Of a stretch of 57,014 bases of DNA, positions 40,755 through 51,030 are shown one piece after another. The DNA comes from Candidatus Poribacteria bacterium (GTDB lineage: Bacteria > Poribacteria > WGA-4E > UBA9662), in the NCBI GenBank assembly GCA_036339735.1, contig JAYZAL010000007.1, positions 1 to 57,014 of the forward strand, read 5' to 3'. Position numbers and translations under genes: made by a program. Positions within the stretch are counted from its first letter, which is position 1, and each line of letters opens with the position of its first letter. The notes beneath the pieces were generated by a model. That model did no database searches and was not told the DNA's origin. It saw only the letters and a program-made list of their open reading frames with translations.

Positions 40755-42428
40755 ATGAATGTTAGCCAAATTTTTGAAAATATCAGCCAATTACTCTATA
40801 TCCGCGGCGATAAATCGCATAGAGTACGATCGTACCAGAGAGTCGCAGACATCATTGAACAAATCACTCATTCAATAGAAATAGAAAATGAGATATCCTA
40901 CTTGTCTGAAATGTTAGAAACAGGCCAACTACGAAAGGTAAAAGGTATTGGCGATTCAGCCATTAGTGTGATCACAGACCTTTTGCAAAATGGAACTAGT
41001 AACTTATATGAAGAACTAAAACTAGAAGTTGGTCCAGAAGTTTTGGAGCTATTGAAGGTGCGTGGAATTGGAATCAAAATGGCAACACAACTGTATCGAC
41101 AAGCTGATATTCGCTCACTATCTGATTTGAGATTAGCTCTTAGTAGTAATCGCCTGAAAGAAATTAAAGGTCTAGGAACTAAAAAAATTCGGTCTATAGA
41201 AACAAGTTTAAATTATTTGGAAACGGTAAAAAACTTACGTCCTCTAGGAATTATCCGACCAACTGCAGATCGAATTGTTAGCCAATTGAAGGACCAACCT
41301 GGTGTTGAAAGGATTGAGATTACTGGCGAAGTTAGACGTGGCGAGGAAATGGTCAGCCAATTAGAACTACTTGTCATTGGTTCACCAGATAATGTAGCCC
41401 GAGTGTTAAAAGATCATCTCAAAGACCAAGTGATTAATGAGACAGATATTTTAGGCACAATCAATCAATTCCCTGTCATTATCCATTGTACAAATTTGAC
41501 GTCTATGGCTTGGGATTGGATAGTGACCACTGGACCAGAAGATCATGTTCAACAACTACCTATGCCCGAATCTGATTTGTCAACTGAGCGGGAAATTTAC
41601 TCGCTTGCAGGCTTACCATATATTGCTCCAGAATTAAGGCGAACGACGGAATGCGCTAATCCAATTGAGGACAAACTGCCACATCTCGTAGAATTGACTG
41701 ATATTCGTTCAGATCTTCATATGCATACAAATTGGAGTGATGGATTAAATACCATTCAAGAAATGGTCAATCAAGCAAAATTTTTAGGTTACAGCCATGT
41801 TTCTATAACTGATCATTCTAAGAGCTCAGTAGTAGCAAATGGTTTAGATACTAACCGATTGCGAAAACAGATTGAAGAAGTGAAAATCGTGAATACTAAA
41901 ACAGATGGGATTACCGTGTTAGCAGGATCAGAAGTGGATATTCTAAAAAATGGTGATCTCGATTATGATGACGAATTGTTAGCAGAGTTAGATATAGTAA
42001 TCGCTAGCATTCATTCAAACTTTGAATTGAGCGAATCTCAGATGACTCAAAGGATTATTCGCGCCATTGAGAATCCGTTTACTATGATGATTGGCCACCC
42101 AACTGGGCGTTTACTTGGGGCACGCCCAGGTTATGCTTTTGATCTGTCTGCAATCTTGGATGCAGCTGCTGACTGTAGCGTTGCACTTGAAATTAATGCT
42201 TCAATTAACCGACTCGACTTGGAACCTGATTCGGTGATATTAGCTAAGCAGAAAGGTGTCCAACTATCGGTAAACACTGATGCTCATTCATTACTAGATC
42301 TGCAGCAAATGAAATGGGGGATCACTGTTGCCCGACGAGGTTGGTTAGAACCATCTGACATCATCAATACTCTGAACTTGGACCAATTTTTCGATTGGAA
42401 AAATGGAAGACAAGAATCATTAGAGTAA
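40755..42428 (+). CDS. polX: DNA polymerase X family / PHP-domain protein (non-canonical polymerase site)
   Basis: HhH motifs KGIG, RGIG, KGLG; G.vRRG.E; Y.APELR; PHP motifs DLHMHTNWSDG, TDHS, GSEVDI, SIHS, GHPTGRL, LEINA..RLDL, NTDAH, ARRGW. Confidence 0.92.
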   Translation: MNVSQIFENISQLLYIRGDKSHRVRSYQRVADIIEQITHSIEIENEISYLSEMLETGQLRKVKGIGDSAISVITDLLQNGTSNLYEELKLEVGPEVLELLKVRGIGIKMATQLYRQADIRSLSDLRLALSSNRLKEIKGLGTKKIRSIETSLNYLETVKNLRPLGIIRPTADRIVSQLKDQPGVERIEITGEVRRGEEMVSQLELLVIGSPDNVARVLKDHLKDQVINETDILGTINQFPVIIHCTNLTSMAWDWIVTTGPEDHVQQLPMPESDLSTEREIYSLAGLPYIAPELRRTTECANPIEDKLPHLVELTDIRSDLHMHTNWSDGLNTIQEMVNQAKFLGYSHVSITDHSKSSVVANGLDTNRLRKQIEEVKIVNTKTDGITVLAGSEVDILKNGDLDYDDELLAELDIVIASIHSNFELSESQMTQRIIRAIENPFTMMIGHPTGRLLGARPGYAFDLSAILDAAADCSVALEINASINRLDLEPDSVILAKQKGVQLSVNTDAHSLLDLQQMKWGITVARRGWLEPSDIINTLNLDQFFDWKNGRQESLE

Positions 42429-42502
42429 TTTTGAAACCCCAAGACATTGTACCTTCAAATAACCAGCCAAAAAATTAACGAACCGTCCGGGGAAAATTGG
42501 TG

Positions 42503-43405
42503 TCACCTGCGTGAACGTATGTTTAAGTCTAAGGATTGCCAATAATACTTCAGTGGATCATTTGGCTCCCAATTGGCGTAGAGTTGTTCCCAGTCAGCCC
42601 ATCCCCAATGAGGAGTCAGCGCAGATGCTTCGACTGGTTCACTAATAGCTTGGTATCGGGCACTAGTCGAAAGACGGATCGTACTTGACGTTACATTATC
42701 CCGTCCTTGATGAACAGTCAAGCTGTGAAAAATAAGCACATCGCCACATACAAGAGGGTTCCAATGCCAAACCGTTTCGTCATCCAATAGTTGACCACAA
42801 GCCAGCAGGCTGCTGTCGAGATATCCTAGCTGGTTGGATCCACAAGCAATTGCTAATCCTCCTAGTTCTGAGTCGATATTACCTAGTGGAATCCACACGG
42901 TCCAAGTATTTTTAGTACCACGTACTGGATGAAAGTCTTGGTGTGGTTCTGTAGTATGATCATATCGACCTGGAAACAGAACATGACAAATATGACGCGG
43001 ATGGACAAACGAAGGTTGTCCGATGAGCGATTCGATCAGTCCGGTCAATATGCGATGGTGAGGAAAAGCATTGAAACACCTCAAGCTAAGGATATCATTG
43101 TAAAATTTCTTTAGTTCAGGCCGAGTTGGTTTGTCATACTCTAAATCAACATATACTCCTTCTTTGCGAATGCCCTCGCCGATATTGATACCTTCCCTGA
43201 GTAATCCATGATATTCTGCAACTTGTAGTACTTCGTGGCGAACTGAAAAAACTTCTTCTGCGGGCAATAATCCAGGAAAATACAGATAACCATTTTCAGT
43301 CGCACGGGACTGTAACTTCACATGATCTCCGAGAGTATCATTGCAATCAACAAATGATTCAACGATTCTCATTTCTTTTGCTCTGCTAGCTGTATTGTTA
43401 TTCAT
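42503..43405 (-). CDS. PhyH-family dioxygenase (paralog of 35824-36723)
   Basis: NGYLYF, EPHQD, TVWIPLG, GGLA, GDVLIFHSLTVH, RLSTSARYQ, PH.G...W...Y..W.....YYW. Confidence 0.92.
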   Translation of the reverse strand: MNNNTASRAKEMRIVESFVDCNDTLGDHVKLQSRATENGYLYFPGLLPAEEVFSVRHEVLQVAEYHGLLREGINIGEGIRKEGVYVDLEYDKPTRPELKKFYNDILSLRCFNAFPHHRILTGLIESLIGQPSFVHPRHICHVLFPGRYDHTTEPHQDFHPVRGTKNTWTVWIPLGNIDSELGGLAIACGSNQLGYLDSSLLACGQLLDDETVWHWNPLVCGDVLIFHSLTVHQGRDNVTSSTIRLSTSARYQAISEPVEASALTPHWGWADWEQLYANWEPNDPLKYYWQSLDLNIRSRR

Positions 43406-43540
43406 CTAAACATCTGATTCCAAAATATTCTTTCTGCCATAATATAACTCAAAGGAGGATACGATGCACCCATGACCAAAGATTAGTTAATTACCTATTA
43501 ATGTTTTTTGTAGGTTGAATATTCAGGCTATTCGACCCCT

Positions 43541-43578
43541 TGCAATCGGATTACAAAGTGATTTATGATTCGATTGCA
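43541..43578 (+). promoter_or_regulatory. Inverted repeat / LacI-type operator half-sites over a putative promoter
   Basis: TGCAATCGGATTACAAA / TTTATGATTCGATTGCA (14/17 complementary); overlaps TTGCAA-N18-TATGAT upstream of the Gfo/Idh/MocA gene. Confidence 0.5.
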
Positions 43579-43609
43579 GTTTTTAATTTATAGAGGGGAG
43601 AAGATTTAA

Positions 43610-44575
43610 ATGGACAAGTCAAAAATTAGAATTGCCATGATTGGTGCTGGTGGAATGGCTAATGGAGTTCACTATCCATCACTAGATTCATTTGATGATG
43701 TGGAGATTGTGGCTGTTTGTGATCTCAATCAAGAACGTTTGAATACCACGGCCGATAAATACAAAATTGAGAAGCGTTACGAAAATTATGTACAAATGAT
43801 AGAAGAGACAGATCCTGACGGTGTTTATGTTATCGGGCCTCCACACTACATGTACGATATCTGGACTTGGTGTCTTAATCAAGGGTTAAATTTGTATATT
43901 GAAAAACCAATGGGTCTTTCAATTCACCAAGCAAGATCGCTAGCAGAATTAGCAGAAAAAAACAACTGTATCACGCAAGTAAGCTTCCAACGTAGATCTT
44001 GCCCCATGGTTGTAATGCTTCGGGAGAAATGCCTTCAACGTGGTCCTATCACACATGCTATTTGTACGTTCTATAAGAAAGATGGACCTAGCTTTGGCAT
44101 GAGAGATAGAATGATGGATGATGGCGTCCATGCAATTGATACTCTTAGGTGGATGTGTGGAGGAGAAATCGAAAAAATTGATAGTGTTGCAAAATCGGTC
44201 CTCTATCATGATATCAATCTGATCATGGCACTTCTTCATTTTGATAGTGGGGCTGTTGGAATTTTACAAAACAGCTGGACAAGCGGACGACGTGTTTTTA
44301 GAGTGGAGATGCATGCCCCGAATATTTGTGCCGAGGCAGAACATGAAGGAAAAGGGTATCTCTACGCTGATGGAGATTATCATGGAACAGAATATGATAC
44401 ACGTGAGATAGCTGGTAGTGATCAAAACTTTATCTACGGTGGATTTCAAGCAAAAAATCGAAACTTTATAGATTGTATTAAGTCAGGTGATCAACCAGAA
44501 TCAAATTTCTCTGATGCGATCAAGACAATGGAAATTGCAGATAAAATACTCGCCCAAGCTCTATTGGAAAAGTAA
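43610..44575 (+). CDS. Gfo/Idh/MocA family oxidoreductase
   Basis: IAMIGAGGMA, VAVCD, YIEKP, DDGVHAIDTLRW. Confidence 0.92.
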   Translation: MDKSKIRIAMIGAGGMANGVHYPSLDSFDDVEIVAVCDLNQERLNTTADKYKIEKRYENYVQMIEETDPDGVYVIGPPHYMYDIWTWCLNQGLNLYIEKPMGLSIHQARSLAELAEKNNCITQVSFQRRSCPMVVMLREKCLQRGPITHAICTFYKKDGPSFGMRDRMMDDGVHAIDTLRWMCGGEIEKIDSVAKSVLYHDINLIMALLHFDSGAVGILQNSWTSGRRVFRVEMHAPNICAEAEHEGKGYLYADGDYHGTEYDTREIAGSDQNFIYGGFQAKNRNFIDCIKSGDQPESNFSDAIKTMEIADKILAQALLEK

Positions 44576-44852
44576 GCAATTAGTTAATTTAATGTAAGTT
44601 CTTGTTAAGAATTTTATTTCTATAGAGTGGGAAATTAGTCATTGGTAACCGTGTTTACTCAAAAAAATATTTATGACTCTACACGAGGTTGTTTTTTTAC
44701 AGTATAAATCAAAGGAGTTGACAAATATAAAACCTCTTACGTAGCAATATTAGTTCAATACAATTGATCTGATAATATTTGAGTATGTTACTATTGAACG
44801 CCTTATCAGACACCATATTTGCCGTATGATGTCTGATCTGAGGAGTGATCAG

Positions 44853-45324
44853 ATGATCATTTTTACCCGTGTACTTATTTTGAATTTACTCTTATTTTGT
44901 CTGGTTTCTAGAGCTGAAGACCTAATTCCATTTGAGAATAAAATTTTGAATTTATGGGGATATAGAAGTCAAAAAACAGGCGATATCGTTATTGACACAA
45001 AATATTATGAGATCGGTAGTTTTAGGAATGAACTTTCATTAGTTAGAATTGGTCAATTGTGGAGGGTTATTAACTTTAAAGGGGAAATGATCATCACACA
45101 TATATTCTAAAATGTGGGGAATTTTCGGATGAGTACGTCTGGGTAGAGAACTCAAAATATGTTTGCCGATTAGATAAAAACGAAAAAACTCTTATTTCAC
45201 TTTTTATGACAAAGTTAAGCATGTGAATGATGGCATTCTCGGAATAAAAAACGATAACAAATGGGGAACAGTCAACTCACTAGGTGAAGAGGTCCTGCCT
45301 ACCGTTTATGAACCACACAGATGA
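44853..45324 (+). pseudogene. Disrupted WG-repeat (KWG) secreted protein
   Basis: AGGAG then signal peptide; LWGY..GDIVI..KY.EIGSFRNEL..V; TAA at 45108-45110; similarity continues in shifted frames (FSDEYVWVE.., YDKV..NDG..IKNDNKWGTVNSLGEEVLP..YE). Confidence 0.7.
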
Positions 45325-45359
45325 CTTTCATGATGAAATGAAAGGTTTGAAAATGAAAC

Positions 45360-47462
45360 TCACTGTGTAACATTTTGAAGCCAAGTTAGTGCGACATCTT
45401 GCTGATCTTTCTGAAATCTACAAATATCTTTGGGACAAATGAAACTAAAGTCTCTTTCGTTTATCCATGATTTTTTAGCTTTTGTAATACATTGTTTGAC
45501 GTCATCTATGTCGTTGAAACGATCTTGTTCTGGAGAGTAGACCAGACATTTTCGAGGCGCTATCATCTCTATAATGTCATCGTAGTCATACGGAATCATT
45601 GATTCTTTTTGATGAAACAATCCGAGTTTGGGTATGATGGAGTGCCACTCCCAGTATCGACGTATGCCGCCGGTTGATTTAGTGTCATTATCTGTACGCA
45701 TCGGAGTGAATCCAGAAAAGCAGGCGACCCCAGATATACGTTCATCAAGTGCGGATGAATAAAGACCTACCATTCCGCCGAAAGCAAAACCTAAAACATA
45801 AATTTGTGATGGATCGGTTGCTGGAATGGAGCTGTCTGTAACCCCCTCACCGTTGTTTAGAAAGTCCAAAACTTTCCTCACATCATATATCGCTCTACCC
45901 ATTCGGGACCAATGTGGGTGTCGATCATAAAAATCGAACGCTTTTGATAAATGGTCTCCAAAACCAAACTGATCATACATCACCACTATGTAACCTTCTT
46001 TGGCTAACCGGTAATATATCGTTGTTTCCTGAACGCCGTAACCTTCGTTACTACCGTGGGAATAATTCCATGGATGTAGCCAAATGACAGTCGCTTGATA
46101 TTTGTCCAACTGGGAATCAAAAAAAATATTACCATGCATCTTAGCACCGAAACTAAACGATACCCTACTGATTCCGCCAGGATTCCACCGATCTCTAGAC
46201 CAGTTAGAAACAGGAAGTTCGTCCTTATCGATGATGTGATATTTCCCTTCGTCTTTTACCAATATCGGCTGCTGCCCAAGCATCCATTCAATTTTAGTCC
46301 TAATCTTTTTCGTTTTTGGTGTTATTAGATCGGTTGGATACTGTTTTGATTTCCAATCATTCCAATCGAATGCGTGGATCAGGACTTCTGAAAATTTATC
46401 TTCATTATCTGTTTGTCTACCGAAGGAAAGATCAAAAAAATCAAGGTTGAAACTGACTTGTTCGTCGGTGACTGGATCATGATTTCCTTTACGATAGCTA
46501 AGACAGATCTTGTTGTCTTGTCCCAAAAAGGCCCAAGCCTTCTTTGCACTTAAGTAGTTTCGCTCAACACCGAAAGTAGGATCGCATCCATCGTTATAAG
46601 CAGTATCAAGCATCAAGTATCGAGGAGCTATGCAAGCTAACAATGAATTACCCTCGATTGATAACTCGTTTTCTCTTCCATAGAAAACTCTTGAATCATC
46701 AATCAACCATGCTTCTGGGCAGTCCTCTCGGGAAATAGATTCCATGAAAGTATGTCGGCCAGAAAATCTATATGAACAGGAAGTAGGAGTCCCTGAGCTT
46801 CTAGCAACCACACACGTAAATCGCTCGTCAAAAGCTGCCGCATAAATTGCTTGCTTTCCGTACCTGGAGAAACCGGTAATGCCTACTGCGTTATTATCAA
46901 CTCGATGGTTGTATTGTGGATCGAGTAGATAATCCAGGGTTCGGCTGGCTAGCCACGCCTGTATACCCAACGATGATCCCCAAGTTGCTTCTGGGTATTC
47001 GTCTCGGAACAATTCCCAAACTTTTTCGTAACTAGGATAATCCTGCTCGCTATGATGCAGGTCGAGACCAGGATAGATACAAACGGTGTAGCCTCTCTTC
47101 AACGCTTCTTCACCCCATTTGAGTCTCTGGTAGTAACGGGGTTGAGTTAATAACAATGGTTTCAATCTTACATCCGAACTTTTTGGTTCCCAAAGGTCAA
47201 TTTCGAATGATTTTTGATTTGGGGTATCGAATGTCAGTATAATCCGACGTCGGTACGAACCGTCTGTAGTCCTACTTGCCTGACCTGCTTTTGCCGAAAG
47301 TATTTTTGGGATCTCTTTGGGAAAATGACCGATGAAGTAGTCGCACCACAATTTTCTTATTTCTCTCCGCCGAGATTCCCAATCACTCTTTGTATTTACC
47401 GGCTGACCATTGAGAAAAGTCATAGAGTCCGGTATATCCGGGTCTACAAATGCGTTTCTCAT
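45360..47462 (-). CDS. Two-domain alpha/beta hydrolase: N-terminal CE15 glucuronoyl-esterase-like domain plus C-terminal hydrolase-like domain
   Basis: W..RR.EI, AW.ASR.LDYL, GFSRYGKQA..AAAFDERF, LLACIAPR; second domain GY.V..YDQFGFG, S.MG...YD....DFL, GFAFGG..ALDERI, IAPR. Confidence 0.8.
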   Translation of the reverse strand: MRNAFVDPDIPDSMTFLNGQPVNTKSDWESRRREIRKLWCDYFIGHFPKEIPKILSAKAGQASRTTDGSYRRRIILTFDTPNQKSFEIDLWEPKSSDVRLKPLLLTQPRYYQRLKWGEEALKRGYTVCIYPGLDLHHSEQDYPSYEKVWELFRDEYPEATWGSSLGIQAWLASRTLDYLLDPQYNHRVDNNAVGITGFSRYGKQAIYAAAFDERFTCVVARSSGTPTSCSYRFSGRHTFMESISREDCPEAWLIDDSRVFYGRENELSIEGNSLLACIAPRYLMLDTAYNDGCDPTFGVERNYLSAKKAWAFLGQDNKICLSYRKGNHDPVTDEQVSFNLDFFDLSFGRQTDNEDKFSEVLIHAFDWNDWKSKQYPTDLITPKTKKIRTKIEWMLGQQPILVKDEGKYHIIDKDELPVSNWSRDRWNPGGISRVSFSFGAKMHGNIFFDSQLDKYQATVIWLHPWNYSHGSNEGYGVQETTIYYRLAKEGYIVVMYDQFGFGDHLSKAFDFYDRHPHWSRMGRAIYDVRKVLDFLNNGEGVTDSSIPATDPSQIYVLGFAFGGMVGLYSSALDERISGVACFSGFTPMRTDNDTKSTGGIRRYWEWHSIIPKLGLFHQKESMIPYDYDDIIEMIAPRKCLVYSPEQDRFNDIDDVKQCITKAKKSWINERDFSFICPKDICRFQKDQQDVALTWLQNVTQ

Positions 47463-47722
47463 CTTAAGATTTTCCTTTGATTATATTCAATTGTGTCCGT
47501 GACACTTATAGATGTACTACCGATAATAAAACTGATTAAAGATAATTAATTTTGGCTCAAAAATTCGGGATTTATATATCACTGATATTGTATTGATGAA
47601 TAAAAAAACAAAATCTCAAGAAACCAATATGAGTCCTAATATTTTTCATCTTCACTTGAAGTTTGTAAATACCATTATTAAGAATTACCAAAGCAACAAA
47701 AAAGGCATCATTTTTGGATCGA

Positions 47723-48844
47723 TTAGATTTTAGAAGTATTCACTGGTAACTCAGCGATGTATTGATAGTTGGGGTCATCTTTCTGATGATTCAAAATCTC
47801 AATAATATGACTCCAAGTTGCAATTAAACCTCGGGGACAATATGGCATGTCGTGTTTGATAAGTCGATGTAGCTTTCCGAGCTTATAGCATGGAACAGCG
47901 GCGTACATATGGTGTTCTGTATGGTAGTTCATGTGCCAGTATAAAAACTGCAGGATTGGGTTAAGATATATGGTGCGGCAGCATAAACGAAAGTCTGGCA
48001 CACGGTCTTGAAGACCTATGTGTTGAGCCATATTACACAGAAATTGCAACCAAGATCCGAAAGTTCTGGGGAAAGTGAACACTAGAGGAACTATCCAGTA
48101 ACCAAATATCAAAGATGTCGCTGCAACTAGAAGATGACCAATTAATAAAATTCTTTCCCAGTTAGTATAAGCACGACGTCGATCTTGATCGGTTTCTGGA
48201 AATAAAGAAGCAACCCAAGAGTTATTAGTATCAATATAACCGGTAAAATTACGTAACTTATTTCTAATTAAAGAATCAGGGTGTCTGAAGTTTATAATTC
48301 CCCACTTCCAAATATTTTTCAGATCAACTTGCTGAGGTAAAATTACTTCCTGGTCATCAGGCGCATGTAGTGTATACTTATGATGTTCAGTATGGCTGGC
48401 CCAAAACAGATGATGGTTATGCCAACCTAAGAATGAATAAATACGCAGAAAAAATCGATTGAGCCATTGAGTTTTGAATACTGAATTGTGAACCAATTCG
48501 TGGAACCCGTTAACCAAAAAATGCCAAAAGTGACCGTTGATAAATACTAGTAAAACAATCACATACCAAGGCCAATTAAACGAGGCATAAATAGCTAACC
48601 CAGAAGTAATAGTTAGAACCAATAAAAAGCCGATCGCTTGTACGAAACCAAGAAAATCACTGCGTTTATTCAGTTCACGTAAATCCTCACGTGTCAAAGG
48701 GCTTCTATACCACTTCAACCGGATTTTTTCATTTGGCACATTGTAATCCGGTCCTTCAGTCAGTATATACTGATCAGGCAGTTTATCTTGCCCAGACTTA
48801 GTCTGTCGTTGATGAATATTTTCATTTTGAATTGGTTGAACCAT
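47723..48844 (-). CDS. Fatty acid desaturase family protein
   Basis: His boxes HELVH, HTEHH, QH, NYHTEHH..VP.Y.L..LH; TM segments; start at MVQPIQ with GGAG RBS (track ORF opens at 48892). Confidence 0.88.
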   Translation of the reverse strand: MVQPIQNENIHQRQTKSGQDKLPDQYILTEGPDYNVPNEKIRLKWYRSPLTREDLRELNKRSDFLGFVQAIGFLLVLTITSGLAIYASFNWPWYVIVLLVFINGHFWHFLVNGFHELVHNSVFKTQWLNRFFLRIYSFLGWHNHHLFWASHTEHHKYTLHAPDDQEVILPQQVDLKNIWKWGIINFRHPDSLIRNKLRNFTGYIDTNNSWVASLFPETDQDRRRAYTNWERILLIGHLLVAATSLIFGYWIVPLVFTFPRTFGSWLQFLCNMAQHIGLQDRVPDFRLCCRTIYLNPILQFLYWHMNYHTEHHMYAAVPCYKLGKLHRLIKHDMPYCPRGLIATWSHIIEILNHQKDDPNYQYIAELPVNTSKI

Positions 48845-49260
48845 GGTGAGGCTCCGTTGAAGATAGCATAACAGGTCAACGATCTTTGCCACTCAGTTGT
48901 TCCTTGAAAAACCATCGAGAAGATTATATAAGCACTGTTGACATTAGTAGAAAAGAAACGACAATTCTATACCATCTAATTTCTGGAAATGATTAACACA
49001 ATGACAACGAAAATCTAATTTGGCCATTCTAGCAGACCTAAGTATTTTTACAAATATGTTTTTACAATTATCTCCGATAATCTAAGAGAGAATTTTTCTA
49101 ATTCAACCAGCGGCTTTATAGATGATGAGTTTCATCTGATAAAGTGCTAGCATCTACTTTCTATTAATGAGTTTTCAATGTTGACTACTTCAAAATTGAT
49201 CGTCCGATCACTAGCTGGCACCTCGGATAAGAAGGTAAAAAAGTGTAGGAAGGTCAGGAA

Positions 49261-51030
49261 GTGAAAATTTCGATTATCGATATCGGTATTGTTATTAGCT
49301 ATGTATTATTTGCGATCGGTTTAGCCGTCTATTACTCGAAGCGTGCCAGTCAAAACATCAACGAGTACTTTGTATCAGGCAGAAATTTACCATGGTGGGT
49401 TGCTGGTACTTCAATGGTTGCAACTACTTTTGCTGCCGATACGCCACTCGCCATCACCGGAATTGTTGCCAAAGATGGAATATCAGGCAATTGGCTTTGG
49501 TGGAATGGGGTACTTTCAGGAATGTTATCTACATTCTTATTTGCCCGTTTGTGGCGAAGGTCGGGTGTGATTACCGATGTAGAATTAGCAGAGCTACGCT
49601 ACGATGGAAAAGCCGCCAGTGCTTTACGTGGTTTCAGAGCCTTTTATACTGCCATTCCAATTAATTGCATTACTATGGGATGGGTTCTCTTGGCGATGCA
49701 AAAAATAGTTGTTCTAGTTCTAGGAGTTCCAGACACACCCGGATGGAAGGCGATTTCGGTGCTAATCTGTCTCATTTTTGTTGGTCTATACAGTATGTTG
49801 TCAGGTTTCTGGGGTGTAGTAATGACAGATCTAGTTCAGTTCGGGATTGCTATGTTTGGATCAGTCGCTCTTGCTATCGTTTCGATTTCAAAAATTGGTG
49901 GTATAGCCCAATTAAAAGAACAGTTAGCTATTCATTATAGTGATTCGGAGTCATTACTCAATATTCTTCCAGATTTCTCTGTAAAAAGTATCATGCTAAC
50001 TTTTGGGGTTTATCTCGGAGTTCAATGGTGGGCTTCTAACGGCGTAGATGGTGGTGGGTACATTGCTCAGAGAATGTTTGCCTCTCGGGACGAAAAGCAT
50101 ACTCTACTGGCAACCTTCTGGTTCAATATAGCACATTATACCCTACGTCCTTGGCCATGGATCATTGTTGGACTCGTGTCAATGGTAGTTTACCCAAATT
50201 TAGAAGATCCGGAAGTTGGTTATCCGATGCTAATGCTGGAATATATGCCGGTTGGTTTGTTAGGGATTATGATGACCAGTTTTCTTGCTTCGTTCATGTC
50301 AACTATCGACACCCATCTCAATTGGGGATCTTCTTATTTAGTTAACGATTTTTATAAGCGATTTATTCGGACTGATGCGGACGATCAACATTATGTGGGC
50401 ATTTCTCGGATTTGTGTCTTGATTATCATGGTTTGTGCTGGAGTGATCAGCCTATTTATGAATTCTATTTCCGAGGCATGGAAGTTCTTGATTGCGCTTA
50501 ACGCTGGTATTGGTTTAGTACAAATTCTTAGGTGGTATTGGTGGAGAATTAACGCTTGGTCAGAAATATCTGCAATGTTTGCCTCTACAATTACTTCGAT
50601 TATTGTTTTTTCTTTACCTCAAACTACAGATAGCTTCGCATTACAAATGCTAATCATTGTTCCAGTATCTACGACGGTTTGGGTCACTGTAACTCTACTA
50701 ACCGAACCAGTCAGTGACCAAAAATTACTTGACTTTTATCAGCGAGTTCGACCTTCTGGTGGTTTTTGGGGGCCAATTACGAGTCAAATTGATCAATCCT
50801 TAGAAACAGATCAACCTGAATCACAAATAGACGGTGGTCAATTGCCAGGATTGGTGATGTGGATATTAGGGGCAATCTTCATTTATTCCACTCTATTCGC
50901 GGTCGGAAAAATTGTTCTTGGTTTTTATTTAACTGGTATCGTATCAGCATCAATTTCAGTCATTAGTGGTAGCATTGTGATTTCTACAATTTCAAAGATT
51001 GTTCCGCTGGAGAGCACAAAAGACAGGTGA
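49261..51030 (+). CDS. Sodium:solute symporter (SSS) family protein
   Basis: EYFVSGRNLPWW.AGTSMVATTFAADTPL, GISGNWLWW, GVV.TD..QF, AQRM, MSTIDT.LNWGSSY, RWYWWRINAWSE; about 14 TM segments. Confidence 0.93.
   Translation: MKISIIDIGIVISYVLFAIGLAVYYSKRASQNINEYFVSGRNLPWWVAGTSMVATTFAADTPLAITGIVAKDGISGNWLWWNGVLSGMLSTFLFARLWRRSGVITDVELAELRYDGKAASALRGFRAFYTAIPINCITMGWVLLAMQKIVVLVLGVPDTPGWKAISVLICLIFVGLYSMLSGFWGVVMTDLVQFGIAMFGSVALAIVSISKIGGIAQLKEQLAIHYSDSESLLNILPDFSVKSIMLTFGVYLGVQWWASNGVDGGGYIAQRMFASRDEKHTLLATFWFNIAHYTLRPWPWIIVGLVSMVVYPNLEDPEVGYPMLMLEYMPVGLLGIMMTSFLASFMSTIDTHLNWGSSYLVNDFYKRFIRTDADDQHYVGISRICVLIIMVCAGVISLFMNSISEAWKFLIALNAGIGLVQILRWYWWRINAWSEISAMFASTITSIIVFSLPQTTDSFALQMLIIVPVSTTVWVTVTLLTEPVSDQKLLDFYQRVRPSGGFWGPITSQIDQSLETDQPESQIDGGQLPGLVMWILGAIFIYSTLFAVGKIVLGFYLTGIVSASISVISGSIVISTISKIVPLESTKDR

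Noticed and set aside
49109-49190. GATGATGAGTTTCATC..TAATGA resembling a fluoride riboswitch upstream of the SSS gene
   Set aside because: The 3' pseudoknot strand reads GTTTTC rather than a complement of GAGT, and the downstream gene is not fluoride-related; only a plain 12-bp hairpin is supported
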